From Eledone cirrhosa (taxonomy: Eukaryota), in the NCBI GenBank assembly GCA_964016885.1, contig OZ024745.1, positions 4,588,001 to 4,652,000 on the forward strand: a DNA stretch of 64,000 nt. The letters are read 5' to 3'. How positions within the stretch are numbered: position 1 is the stretch's first letter; every line of letters starts with the position of its first letter. The notes beneath the pieces were generated by a model that saw only the letters and a list, made by a program, of their open reading frames with translations, did no database searches and was not told where the DNA came from. Made by a program: the position numbers and the translations under genes. Shown here piece by piece: positions 15,001 through 26,366 of the stretch.

Positions 15001-17463
15001 GTGGTATTTGGCTCTCTTCTCTCTCAGAACACCGTGGTATCTGGCTCTCTTCTCTCTCAGAACACCGTGGTATCTGGCTCTCTTCTTTCTTAGAACACCG
15101 TGGTATTTGGCTCTCTTCTCTCTCAGAACATCGTGGTATCTGGCTCTCTTCACTCTCAGAACATCGTGGTATCTGGCTCTCTTCTCTCTCAGTTAGAACA
15201 TCGTGGTATCTGGCTCTCTTCACTCTCAGAACATCGTGGTATCTGGCTCTCTTCTCTCTCAGAACATCGTGGTATCTGGCTATCTTCTCTCTCAGAACAC
15301 CGTGGTATTTGGCTCTCTTCTCTCTCAGAACACCGTGGTATCTGGCTCTCTTCTTTCTTAGAACACCGTGGTATGTGGCTCTCTTCTCTCTCAGAACACC
15401 GTGGTATCTGGCTCTCTTCTCTCTCAGAACACCGTGGTATTTGGCCCTCTTCTCTCTCAGAACACCGTGTTATCTGGCTCTCTTCTCTCTTAGAACATCG
15501 TGGTATCTGGCTCTCTTCTCTCTCAGTTAGAACACCGTGGTATTTGGCTCTCTTCTCTCTCAGTTAGAACATCATGGTATTTGGCTCTCTTCCCTCTCAG
15601 AACATCGTGGTATGTGGCTCTCTTCTCTCTCAGTCAGAACATCGTGGTATTTGGCTCTCTTCTCTCTCAGAACACCGTGGTATCTGGCTATCTTCTCTCT
15701 CAGATCACCGTGGTATCTGGCTCTCTTCTTTCTTAGAACACCGTGGTATTTGGCTCTCTTCTCTCTCAGTTAGAACATCATGGTATTTGGCTCTCTTCCC
15801 TCTCAGAACATCGTAGTATCTGGCTCTCTTCTCTCTCAGTTAGAACATCGTGGTATCTGGCTCTCTTCTCTCTCAGAACATCGTGGTATCTGGCTCTCTT
15901 CTCTCTCAGTTAGAACATCGTGGTATTTGGCTCTCTTCTCTCTCAGAACACCGTGGTATCTGGCTCTCTTCTCTCTCAGAACACCGTGGTATCTGGCTCT
16001 CTTCTTTCTTAGAACACCGTGGTATTTGGCTCTCTTCTCTCTCAGAACATCGTGGTATCTGGCTCTCTTCACTCTCAGAACATCGTGGTATCTGGCTCTC
16101 TTCTCTCTCAGTTAGAACATCGTGGTATCTGGCTCTCTTCACTCTCAGAACATCGTGGTATCTGGCTCTCTTCTCTCTCAGAACATCGTGGTATCTGGCT
16201 ATCTTCTCTCTCAGAACACCGTGGTATTTGGCTCTCTTCTCTCTCAGAACACCGTGGTATCTGGCTCTCTTCTTTCTTAGAACACCGTGGTATGTGGCTC
16301 TCTTCTCTCTCAGAACACCGTGGTATCTGGCTCTCTTCTCTCTCAGAACACCGTGGTATCTGGCTCTCTTCTCTCTCAGAACACCGTGGTATCTGGCTCT
16401 CTTCTTTCTTAGAACACCGTGGTATTTGGCTCTCTTCTCTCTCAGAACATCGTGGTATCTGGCTCTCTTCTCTCTCAGAACATCGTGGTATCTGGCTCTC
16501 TTCTCTCTCAGAACACTGTGGTATCTGGCTCTCTTCTCTCTCAGTTAGAACATCGTGGTATCTGGCTCTCTTCTCTCTCAGAACATCGTGGTATCTGGCT
16601 CTCTTCTCTCTCAGAACACCGTGGTATTTGGCTCTCTTCTCTCTCAGAACACCGTGTTATCTGGCTCTCTTCTCTCTCAGTTAGAACATCGTGGTATTTG
16701 TCTCTCTTCTCTCTCAGAACACCGTGTTATCTGGCTCTCTTCTCTCTCAGTTAGAACATCGTGGTATCTGGCTCTCTTCTCTCTCAGAACACCGTGGTAT
16801 CTGGCTCTCTTCTCTCTCAGTTAGAACATCGTGGTATCTGGCTCTCTTCTCTCTCAGAACATCGTGGTATCTGGCTCTCTTCTCTCTCAGAACATCGTGG
16901 TATCTGGCTCTCTTCTCTCTCAGTTAGAACATCGTGGCATTTGGCTCTCTTCTCTCTCTCTTAGAACATCGTGGTATTTGGCGCTCTTCTCTCTCAGTTA
17001 GAACATCGTGGTATCTGGCTCTCTTCTCTCTCAGTTAGAACATCGTGGCATTTGGCTCTCTTCTCTCTCAGTTAGAACATCGTGGTATTTGGCGCTCTTC
17101 TCTCTCAGAACATCGTGGTATTTGGTTCTCTTCTCTCTCAGAACACCGTGGTATTTGGCTCTCTTCTCTCTCAGAACACCGTGTTATCTGGCTCTCTTCT
17201 CTCTCAGTTAGAACATCGTGGTATTTGTCTCTCTTCTCTCTCAGAACACCGTGTTATCTGGCTCTCTTCTCTCTCAGTTAGAACATCGTGGTATTTGGCT
17301 CTCCTCTCTCACAGAACACCGTGGTATTTGGCTCTCTTCTCTCTTAGAACATCGTGGTATCTGGCTCTCTTCTCTCTCAGAACACCGTGGTATCTGGCTC
17401 TCTTCTCTCTCAGAACATCGTGGTATTTGGCTCTCTTCTCTCTCAGAACATCGTGGTATTTGG
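1..17463. repeat. Satellite array, 33-bp monomer AGAACATCGTGGTAT(T/C)TGGCTCTCTTCTCTCTC with a frequent 37-bp variant (+AGTT); roughly 500 monomers, open at window start
   Basis: Monomer read directly and continuously; six-frame ORFs show 11-aa periodicity with frame switches at 37-bp units. Confidence 0.98.
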
Positions 17464-17568
17464 TGTAGTGATGGTGGTGTTGTGGTTATGGTGATGGTTG
17501 TGGTGGTGATGGTGCTGATGGTGGTGGTGGAGTGGTTGTGATGGTAGAGTTGGTGGTGTAGTGGTGGT
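17461..17568. repeat. Degenerate (TGG)n microsatellite
   Basis: tggtgtagtgatggtggtgttgtgg... directly abutting the satellite. Confidence 0.9.
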
Positions 17569-17671
17569 AAAAGTGTTTTAAAACCTCTCAACTCCACTAG
17601 CGAATGACATGAACTAGTTTACTGTGCGTCTCTATATATTTATTTGTTTGTCTGTCTATACTTTTATCTGA

Positions 17672-18606
17672 CTGGCACATCGAATGTGGTCAGGCGCTCA
17701 CAGTCCTCTGGCAAACGAACCCGGCGATCAGTGGAGACTCCACGTCGACATTCTATAGAGGCTTGGACCGCGCAAATGCGACCACACGCTCGGAGAAACT
17801 CTAGGCGTAGAGGAGGACGAACTGGCCAGTCTGTTCGGTAGGACCTTCCGCCCCGGACCAATGGATAACTTCCAAAAGTCCCTGGCCTGGCAGTGCTACC
17901 GAGGAGCTCTACCAGTTCGAGACAAGCTCTACAGACACGGGCTTCCGGGTAGGGACCCTTCGAAAAAGATCTGTCCGAGATGCGTGCGCGACGAGGAAAC
18001 CGTCGCACACGCATTTGTACACTGCCCAGGCGTTACCGACCTGTGGGGATATATAGAACGACTATTGTCGTGGGTGGGACCAATCCAGTTGACCACCGAG
18101 TCCATTGTCATGATCAAACCGCCACCCTCCTTCAAAAACGAGGGAGAGGCGGTTTTCCTATGTGTTATGGCTATGGTGAAAGAGGTTATATGGTGGACGT
18201 GGTTAAAAGGGCTGAGGTCAGACACCTTTCTCTCCGGCGAGCAACCGATTCGTTTTTTCAAATACCATTTTGGAAGAAGAATCAGGATGGAGAGAGAGGT
18301 GCTGTACCCCAGCAAATTTTATAAAAGGTGGGTGAATGTGGCAAAGATGGCTCGAGTGGTTGGGCCTTCTCTCTAGATAAGCCTGTAGGTTGAGGAAAAA
18401 GAGGAAGAGAGGAAGGGAGTACTCACTCTTGGTGGGTTGTACACTTTTTCGGGGTGTGTACAACCCCTGTGTAACGCCTCCCCCTATTGGGGATATCAAT
18501 TGTTATTTGTTATTTTATTAATAGTTTTATTTTCATATACCTGTATGTAAACTCCCCATTTGTATTTGTCCCCTTCTTTTGTGCCCTTGTGGCTAATAAA
18601 GAAATT
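17672..18606 (+). mobile_element. Tx1/L1-type non-LTR retrotransposon, 5'-truncated copy 1 (ORF2 C-terminal zinc-binding region plus 3' UTR)
   Basis: ORF 17861-18376 FQKSLAWQCYRGALPV...CPRC...ETVAHAFVHCP (zf-RVT-like CCHC); homologous to 19810-20750; ends AATAAAGAAA. Confidence 0.88.
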
Positions 18607-18630
18607 TATATATTTATCTGTCTGTCTATA

Positions 18631-20749
18631 TAAGTAACTTCAGGCCCATAACTCTGCTAAATACAGAGTTACAGATTTTGGCCAAGGTGTTAGCAAAGAG
18701 GTTGGCGCTTGTCGTAGGCAACCTGGTGGGAGATGCGCAGACATGTGCTATCCCATCCAGGTCCATCCACGACAACCTCCACTCCATGCGATACATCATA
18801 TAAAGGGTTGGGAACGAACCCGGCTTTGATGGGGCCCTGATCAACTTGGATCAATCTAAGGCGTTCGATAGGGTCGACCATGGTTACCTGGATGCGGTGC
18901 TAGCGACGGCAGGATTCGGACCCGTTTTCAGGGGCTGGATCACTGCTATGCACAGCAGCCGCATCTGCTCTAGAGTCAAGGTGAACGGCTAACTCTCGGA
19001 GCCGTTCGAAATCGCGCGGTCCATCCGACAAGGGTGCCCTCTCTCCTCCCTTCTGTATGTGTTGACTCTCGAGCCACTACTGCGGAAGTTGGAGTTGTTG
19101 CAGGCATCCTTTTGGAACCAGGATTGTGGAAAGCGGTGTCGGCCTACGCTGATGACGTGACAGTAATGGTGTCGACGGCCTCCGAAATCGGGGCGATCGG
19201 CACCTTACTGGGGGAGTACGAAAGGTTTACAGGGGCTAAGCTGAACCGGGACAAGTCGATCGGTTTGCAACTCGGCACGTGGAGGGGAAAACCGATGCCC
19301 TCCGATGGCGTCGTCGGACACTGGACGGAGGGCCCGGTGAAGTTGCTCGGGGTCTGGTTCGGACTAGACCTCCAGGTGGAGAAGAACTGGGGTGAGATTA
19401 CAAACAGGGTGTTTGCACTGACCCAGAAGTGGGCCAGTTGCAAACTATCCCTGAAAGGTCGGGCGGAGGTGGCGAACACCTATATAGCGTCCGTCATCTA
19501 CTACCGCCTGACCGTCGTGCCTTGCCCAAGGGAAACCCTCGCCAAGATGGAGCGCGCACTCTTTCAATTCCTTTGGAAGAAGCGGGTTCCTTTAGTGAGG
19601 AGATCCATCTGCTGTCAACACCCTTCGAAAGGAGGGCTGGGATGCCGTGGCTAATGATGCGTAAACACGCATTAAGGCTACGACACCTCCAGGTATTCCT
19701 CACCGGTCAACCGGTGTGGGCCCCGTTTGTGAGACGAACCTTTCCCAGACTCGTCTCACTCACCGAGCTGAAATCCTGGGTCAAGTAAAGACCGAGAAAA
19801 ATGGGCGCCTGGCACACTGAGTGTACCCAGGCACTCACGGTCCTCTGGCAAGCGGATCCGGTTATCACTGGAGACCCCACCTCGACATTCTATAGAGGTC
19901 TGGTACGCAGAAGATGCGACGACGCCCTCGGAGAAGCCCTAGACATGGAGGAAGATGAACTGGCCAGCCTGTTCGGTAGGACATTCAGCCCGGGACCTAT
20001 GGACAACTTCCAGAAGTCCATGGCCTGGCAGTGCTACCGAGGGGCTCTACCCGTTCGAGAAAAGCTCTACAGACACGGGCGCCCGGGTAGGGACCCCGCC
20101 AAAAAGATCTGTCCCAGATGCGTGTGCGACGATGAAACCGTTGCACACGCATTGGTACACTGCTGGGCGTAGCCGATCTGTGGGGCTATGTCGAACGACT
20201 CCTATCACGGGTGGGACCGATCCGGTTGACAACCGAGGCCATTGTAACGATTAAGCCGCCTCCCCCCTTCAAAAATGAAGGAGAGTCGGTGTTTCTGTGC
20301 GTAATAGCCATGGTGAAAGAGGTTGTATGGTGGACGCGTCTGAAAGGACTGAGGTCAGGCACCTTTCTCTCTGGCCAACAACTGATCCGTTTCTTCCGAT
20401 ATCATTTCAGAAGAAGGATCAGGATGGAGAGAGAGGTGCTCCACCCCAGTCGTTTTTATGAAAGGTGGGTGAAAGTGGCGAGAATGGCCCGTGTGAATGG
20501 GCCTTCTCTTTACATCAGCCTGTAGGTGGAAAAGAGGAAGGAACGAGGGAGCACCCTCTCTCTGTGCTCCCGAGGAGAAGGGGTTGCACACTTTTTTCGG
20601 GGGTGTGTGCGACCCCCCAAACTCCCTATTGAGGACTTTATTGTTAATTTCATATTTGTTACTTGTTTTCTTTAGTCGCCTTTTTGTGTAAACTCTCCCC
20701 ATTCTACTTGTCCCACTTTTTGATGCCCTGGTGGCAAATAAAAAGAAAA
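18631..20749 (+). mobile_element. Tx1/L1-type non-LTR retrotransposon, 5'-truncated copy 2 (RT, zinc-binding region, 3' UTR), with stops and frameshifts
   Basis: Translated motifs NFRPITLLNTELQILAKVLAKRL, LDQSKAFDRVDH, SIRQGCPLS, VSAYADDVTV, VKLLGVWF, LSLKGRAEVAN, CPRC...HALVHC. Flanked by TTATATATTTATCTGT on both sides (putative TSD). Confidence 0.92.
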
Positions 20750-20911
20750 TTATATATTTATCTGTGTGTCAATATCTGTTTGTCTACCTATATGTCTGTA
20801 TGTGTGTCTCTATATGTTTATCTGTGTCTATGTTTGTCTGTGTGTGTGTGTGTGTCTATGTTTGTCTGTGTGTGTGTGTGTGTCTATGTTTGTCTGTGTG
20901 TGTGTGTGTCT

Positions 20912-20947
<36 letters not shown>

Positions 20948-21063
20948 CTATGTTTGTCTGTGTGTGTGTGTGTGTCTATGTTTGTCTGTGTGTGTGTGTG
21001 TCTATGTTTGTCTGTGTGTGTGTATATCTATGTTTGTCTGTGTGTGTGTGTGTGTGTATGTCT

Positions 21064-21095
<32 letters not shown>

Positions 21096-21260
21096 GTCTA
21101 TGTTTGTCTATGTTTGTCTGTGTGTGTGTGTGTATGTCTATGTTTGTCTGTGTGTGTGTATATCTATGTTTGTCTGTGTGTGTGTGTGTATGTCTATGTT
21201 TGTCTGTGTGTGTGTGTATGTCTATGTTTGTGTATGTGTGTGTATGTCCATGTTTGTCTA

Positions 21261-21291
<31 letters not shown>

Positions 21292-21429
21292 GTGTGTCTA
21301 TGTTTGTCTGTGTGTGTGTGTGTGTCTATGTTTGTCTGTGTGTGTGTGTGTGTGTATGTCTATGTTTGTCTGTGTGTGTATATGTCTATGTTTATCTGTG
21401 TCTATGTTTGTCTGTGTGTGTATATGTCT

Positions 21430-21461
<32 letters not shown>

Positions 21462-22155
21462 CTATGTTTGTCTGTGTGTGTGTGTGTGTCTATGTTTGTC
21501 TGTGTGTGTGTATATCTATGTTTGTCTGTGTGTGTGTATGTCTATGTTTGTCTGTGTGTGTGTGTGTGTGTATGTCTATGTTTGTCTGTGTGTGTGTGTA
21601 TATGTCTATGTTTGTCTGTGTGTGTGTATATGTCTGTGTGTGTGTGTGTGTGTATATATGTCTATGTCTGTCTGTGTGTATGTCTATGTTTGTCTGTGTG
21701 TGTGTGTGTGTGTGTATGTCTATGTTTGTATGTGTGTGTGTGTCTATGTCTGTGTGTGTGTGTATATGTCTATGTTTGTCTCTGTGTGTGTATATCTATG
21801 TTTGTTGTGTGTGTATATGTCTATGTTTGTCTGTGTGTGTGTATGTCTATGTTTGTCTGTGTGTGTGTATGTCTATGTTTGTCTGTGTGTGTATATGTCT
21901 ATGTTTGTCTGTGTGTGTATATGTCTATGTTTGTCTGTGTGTGTATATGTCTATGTTTGTCTGTGTGTGTGTATATCTATGTTTGTCTGTGTGTGTATAT
22001 GTCTATGTTTGTCTGTGTGTGTATATGTCTATGTTTGTCTGTGTGTGTGTATGTCTATGTTTGTCTGAGTGTGTGTATGTCTATGTTTGTCTGTGTGTGT
22101 GTGTCTATGTTTGTCTGTGTGTGTGTATCTATGTTTGTCTGTCTGTGTGTGTCTG
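20750..22155. repeat. Compound microsatellite: (TG)n tracts punctuated by CTATGTTTGTC
   Basis: Direct reading; the 445-498 aa V/C-rich ORFs are artefacts. Confidence 0.95.
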
Positions 22156-22223
22156 TTGACATGTCCAGTTTTACAGCCAGCTTTCTTATCCGCCGAACAG
22201 CCGGTGTTGAGTTCAATAATTAC

Positions 22224-22284
22224 GATATCAGACATAATTAAGTGATAATAAATATCAGACATAATTAAGTGATAATAAATATCA
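22224..22284. repeat. 27-bp tandem duplication (ATATCAGACATAATTAAGTGATAATAA x2)
   Basis: Two identical adjacent copies. Confidence 0.85.
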
Positions 22285-22390
22285 CAACAGAATAAAAGAT
22301 TAATTACGACTGAATACCATTTAAATGATCGCTTTTTCAACTACCTTTCTTTGTCTGTGTGTCTGTGACTTGTTAATAGTGCAAAGGTGT

Positions 22391-22424
<34 letters not shown>

Positions 22425-22594
22425 AATTATTGTGTACAGTGCTCAGGTGCACTACAACTCATCAAAGGTGCATGTATAGTACATAGAATAATATACAAAT
22501 GTCAGGGAAGTGAATAGTGTATGAGTCATGATATACATGTGTGTGTGTGTGTGGAGGGGGAACATTAGGTGTAGTGTTGGCGAATCTCAGGAAG

Positions 22595-23207
22595 CATGGA
22601 GATTTTAAAGGATGCAATGTCTTGACAGCTGACAACTGATGCAGGTAGTTTGTTCCATGGAGGTTTTAAAGGATGCAGTGTCTCAACAGCTAACAACTGA
22701 TGCAGGTAGTTTGTTCCATGGAGGTTTTAAAGGATGCAGTGTCTCGACAGCTAATAACTGATGCAGGTAGTTTGTTCCATGGAGGTTTTAAAGGATGCAG
22801 TGTCTCGACAGCTGACAACTGATGCAGGTAGTTTGTTCCATGGAGGTTTTAAAGGATGCAGTGTCTCGACAGCTAATAACTGATGCAGGTAGTTTGTTCC
22901 ATGGAGGTTTTAAAGGATGCAGTGTCTCGACAGCTAATAACTGATGCAGGTAGTTTGTTCCATGGAGGTTTTAAAGGATGCAGTGTCTCGACAGCTAACA
23001 ACTGATGTAGGTAGTTTGTTCCATGGAGGTTTTAAAGGATGCAGTGTCTCGACAGCTGACAACTGATGCAGGTAGTTTGTTCCATGGAGGTTTTAAAGGA
23101 TGCAGTGTCTCGACAGCTGACAACTGATGCAGGTAGTTTGTTCCATGGAGGTTTTAAAGGATGCAGTGTCTCGACAGCTAACAACTGATACAGGTAGTTT
23201 GTTCCAT
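22595..23207. repeat. 61-bp tandem repeat, ~10 copies, derived from the 3' end of CR1 ORF2
   Basis: Unit CATGGAGGTTTTAAAGGATGCAGTGTCTCGACAGCT(A/G)A(C/T)AACTGATGCAGGTAGTTTGTTC; register shifts 1 nt per 60-nt line. Confidence 0.95.
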
Positions 23208-25873
23208 GCTTCAGCAACTCTGAGCGTGAAAAAATGTTTCCGAAAGTCATGGGAACTGTGCTGTTTTCTGACTTTGAGGGCATGTCCACGTGTGTTAGAC
23301 ACATGGAGATCAAAAAGGTACTCAGGGTTGTTGTTGGCAAGATGGTTAACAATTTTGTGGGTGTTTACCAAGTCAGTTGCCAGGCGTCGGAGCTTCAATG
23401 TATCCATGCCCAGGGAAGCAAGGCGTTCAGAGTATGGTAGATGCCTGATGGAGGGTATTCGCTTGGTTGCGTGTCTCTGAACAGTTTCCAGGCGGTCAAT
23501 GTTCTGAACAAGATAGGGGTTCCAGACTGGTGATGCAAATTCTAAGTGTGGCCGCACCATAGCCATGTACAGCCTTAAATAGATAGCTGGAGAGTGGCTG
23601 ACAAAGGTCTTGCTGATTGATGCTAAGACACCCTCAGCCCTTTTGACAATTTTAGAGACGTGCTTCGTCCAACGAAAATCGCTGCTGACCGTAATGCCCA
23701 GGTCACGTTCACAGGAAGACTTCTTGATATTAGTGCTGTGGAGGGAGTGTGTGGACGCTGGGTTTTTACTCCCAAAATGCATGGTGTGGTGGTGCACTTG
23801 TCCACAGCTAGCTTGAGTTGCCAGTCTGAGATCCATTGTTGCATTGTGTCCAGGTCAGACTGCAAGCAAGATCTATAGTGTTCAGGATCTGTCCTTTTTA
23901 TCTCAAGGTACAGCTTGATGTCATCTGCCTACTTTGGTACTGTGGCATTCTTTAAGTTGGCATCTAATATATGCCACAAACAAAAGGGGGCCAAGAACAG
24001 ATCCCTGTGGTACACCAGATGATATCTCATATGGTGAAGAATGCTGTCCCAGAACCGTGACTACCTCTTTTCGACTGAGAACGAAGGACTTCAACCAGTT
24101 AAAAAGATCATCCTTCACACCCATTGCAGAGAGTTTTGCCATAAGCCTTTTGTGTGGCACAGAATTGAAAGCTTTCGCAAAGTCAAGGTAAACAACATCC
24201 ACCTATGACCCGCCATCAGTGATCCGGGTGATGTCTTCAAGAAACTCGATAAGTTGATCACAGCAGCTGGAGTTGGGGATAAATCCAAATTGCGAGGGCC
24301 GGATAAGACTGTGAGAGTTCCAGAAGTTCCAAAGTGTTTTTCTGACACAGGATTCCATCAGTTTGGCAATGCAACTAGTAAAACTGACTGGACGATAGTT
24401 CACAGGTGATGTGCGGTCACCCTTTATGAACAGAGGAATGACACTGGCAGTTTTCCACTGTTCTGGAGTAGCACTGTTATTCAGACAGAATTGGAAGAAG
24501 CGTGATAGCTGATGCAGAAGGAAGTACCCACCACGTTTAAGAAGTAGGTATGTAACACCATCAAGACCAGGAGAGGCATGGTTGCGTTTATTTTTTAGGT
24601 GACGTCGCAGCATTGCAGGTGTAAATTCCATGGTTGTAATAGAGTCCGGTGTCATAGGTGGTGGAGACGGTACACTCTGGTCTTCAATAGTGAAAATGCC
24701 TGCATAGCATTCAGCAATGAGCTCTGCGCATTCCTTGGGGTTTTCAGTAACCTGGCTTGTGTGGGGATTGTGAAGAGGACCAACTGGAGAGTGAGGCCTC
24801 TGCTTTGAGTGAACATACTTCCAGAACACCTTACTGTCAGGGCTGGTTGCTATGCGCTGTTCAAATTGAAGCACTGCCTTTTTTGTCACCTGTTTGAGAT
24901 GGTTGGATGATTTATTTCGCTTCTTCCTATTGATGTCTGATTTGTGCAGTTGGTACTCGCGTTCAGCATTGCGACGTTCTTTTCTGGCAAGACGGACTGC
25001 TGCAGTCTCCCAAAATGCACCTTGGGGATGTTTTTTTCGCTTACGTGGCACCGATGCTGCACAAGCTGTCCATATTGAGCTCAGGATGTTCTGGAGTACA
25101 GTGTTGACATTTCCAGAGTCGTAGAACTCAAGCCAGTTTGGACGTTGCAACTCGGTGCAGTAACAGTTCCAGTCTGCTTTATTCCAGTCAAAGTGAGCAG
25201 TTTGGAGATGGTTGTGGTTCTTGTTACTGCCCATGAGGGATAGATTGGCAATGATCATAGCATGATCAGAGTCACCTATATGTTCCTCAGCAGAAACACT
25301 AATGACCGTTTCAGGAGTAGTGGTGAAGAGTAGGTCCAAAGTGTTGTCACCTCTTGTTGGAGAGGTGACTACTTGGGACCAATTCGAGTCCAGCACTAGC
25401 TCAAGGAAGTCATTTGCACTTGGCGGCCAACGAAAGGTTTCCCAGTCAATCTCATGATGATTGAAGTCTCCTGCAATAAAAACATAAGTGGCTGTTTTCC
25501 TGGCAACCGCTCTGAGGATATCACAAAGTTGAGTGTCCTGATGGTAATTTGGGGGACTGTAAACGACTCCAAGTAGCAGTGTTGACATGGTCATACGTAT
25601 ATCGCAGATAAAAACTTCCTGCTGTGATTGGTTCAAATCAACACAAGGAATTGACGACAAATTTGACCGAACGTAGACCATTACACCACCACCACCACGA
25701 TTAATTCGGTCTTTACGAAACAGGTTGTAGCCAGTTATGCTGAAAACCCCATCACAGAGTAAGGGATGTGCCCAAGTTTCCGTGACTGTAATGAAGTCAG
25801 GGTTGATACTTTTGACGTAGGAGTCAAAAAGATGAATCTTATTGCATAGACTACGTGCATTCAAGGACAGCAA
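23093..25873 (-). pseudogene. CR1 ORF2 (endonuclease/reverse transcriptase) pseudogene
   Basis: Split over ORFs 24203-25873, 23921-24202, 23623-23865 and 23093-23836. Catalytic YADD reads K-stop-ADD at ~23920-23935. Confidence 0.9.
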
Positions 25874-26044
25874 TTTGTACCTTGATTCCAGTATATGATT
25901 ATGTACAGGGGATGGCAGCTTGTTCTGATTTAGTTTTCCAGAGTTTTTTCAGTTTTTTTATTGTCAGTTGTTGTGGGTACAGTGTTTTCAGACCAGCTTT
26001 TAGTGTTTGTCGCCAGATTTTAGACTATTCCATGCACTGCACGG

Positions 26045-26272
26045 CCACCACCACCACCACACGACGACCACGACTACCACCACTGCCACCACCGCCACCA
26101 CCACCACCACCACACGATGACCACGACTACCACCACTGCCACCACCGCCACCACCACCACCACCACACGACCACCACCACCGCCACTACCACCACCACCA
26201 CCACTACCACCACCACCACTTCCACCACCACCACCACCACCACCACCACCACCACCACCACCACCACCACCA
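26045..26272. repeat. (CAC)n microsatellite
   Basis: Direct reading. Confidence 0.95.
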
Positions 26273-26307
26273 GTGATTGAAGGGGGTCTACTATTTCTCC
26301 CCCCCTC

Positions 26308-26366
26308 TCTACCTATCTATCTATCTATCTATCTATTTATCTACCTATCTACCTACCTATCTATCT
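26308..26366. repeat. (CTAT)n/(CTAC)n microsatellite
   Basis: Direct reading; immediately precedes Tx1 copy 3. Confidence 0.9.

Larger units (their letters stand above)
22392..26035 (-). mobile_element. CR1-group LINE, near-complete but disrupted ORF2 (APE endonuclease plus RT) with 3' UTR and (ATT)n tail
   Basis: Endonuclease motifs LNARSL, VTETW, GGGVMVYV, VYSPP, GDFNH, PTRGDNTLDL, SDH. RT motifs NYRPVS, QFGF, YLDFAKAF, GVPQGSVLGP, VRPHLEFASPVWNP. (TAA)n on + at 22392-22422. Confidence 0.93.

Noticed and set aside
1-17463. CRISPR-like 33-37-bp repeat periodicity
   Set aside because: Repeats are contiguous with no unique spacers, there are no cas genes, and the context is eukaryotic.
1-17597. 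Dozens of ORFs with 11-aa repeats (EHRGIWLSSLS, RTSWYLALFSL, QNIVVFGSLLS)
   Set aside because: All frames are open only because the unit is 33 bp; 37-bp variants shift frame freely, so there is no coding constraint.
20663-22241. 445-498 aa Cys/Val-rich ORFs
   Set aside because: Translations of a TG microsatellite.
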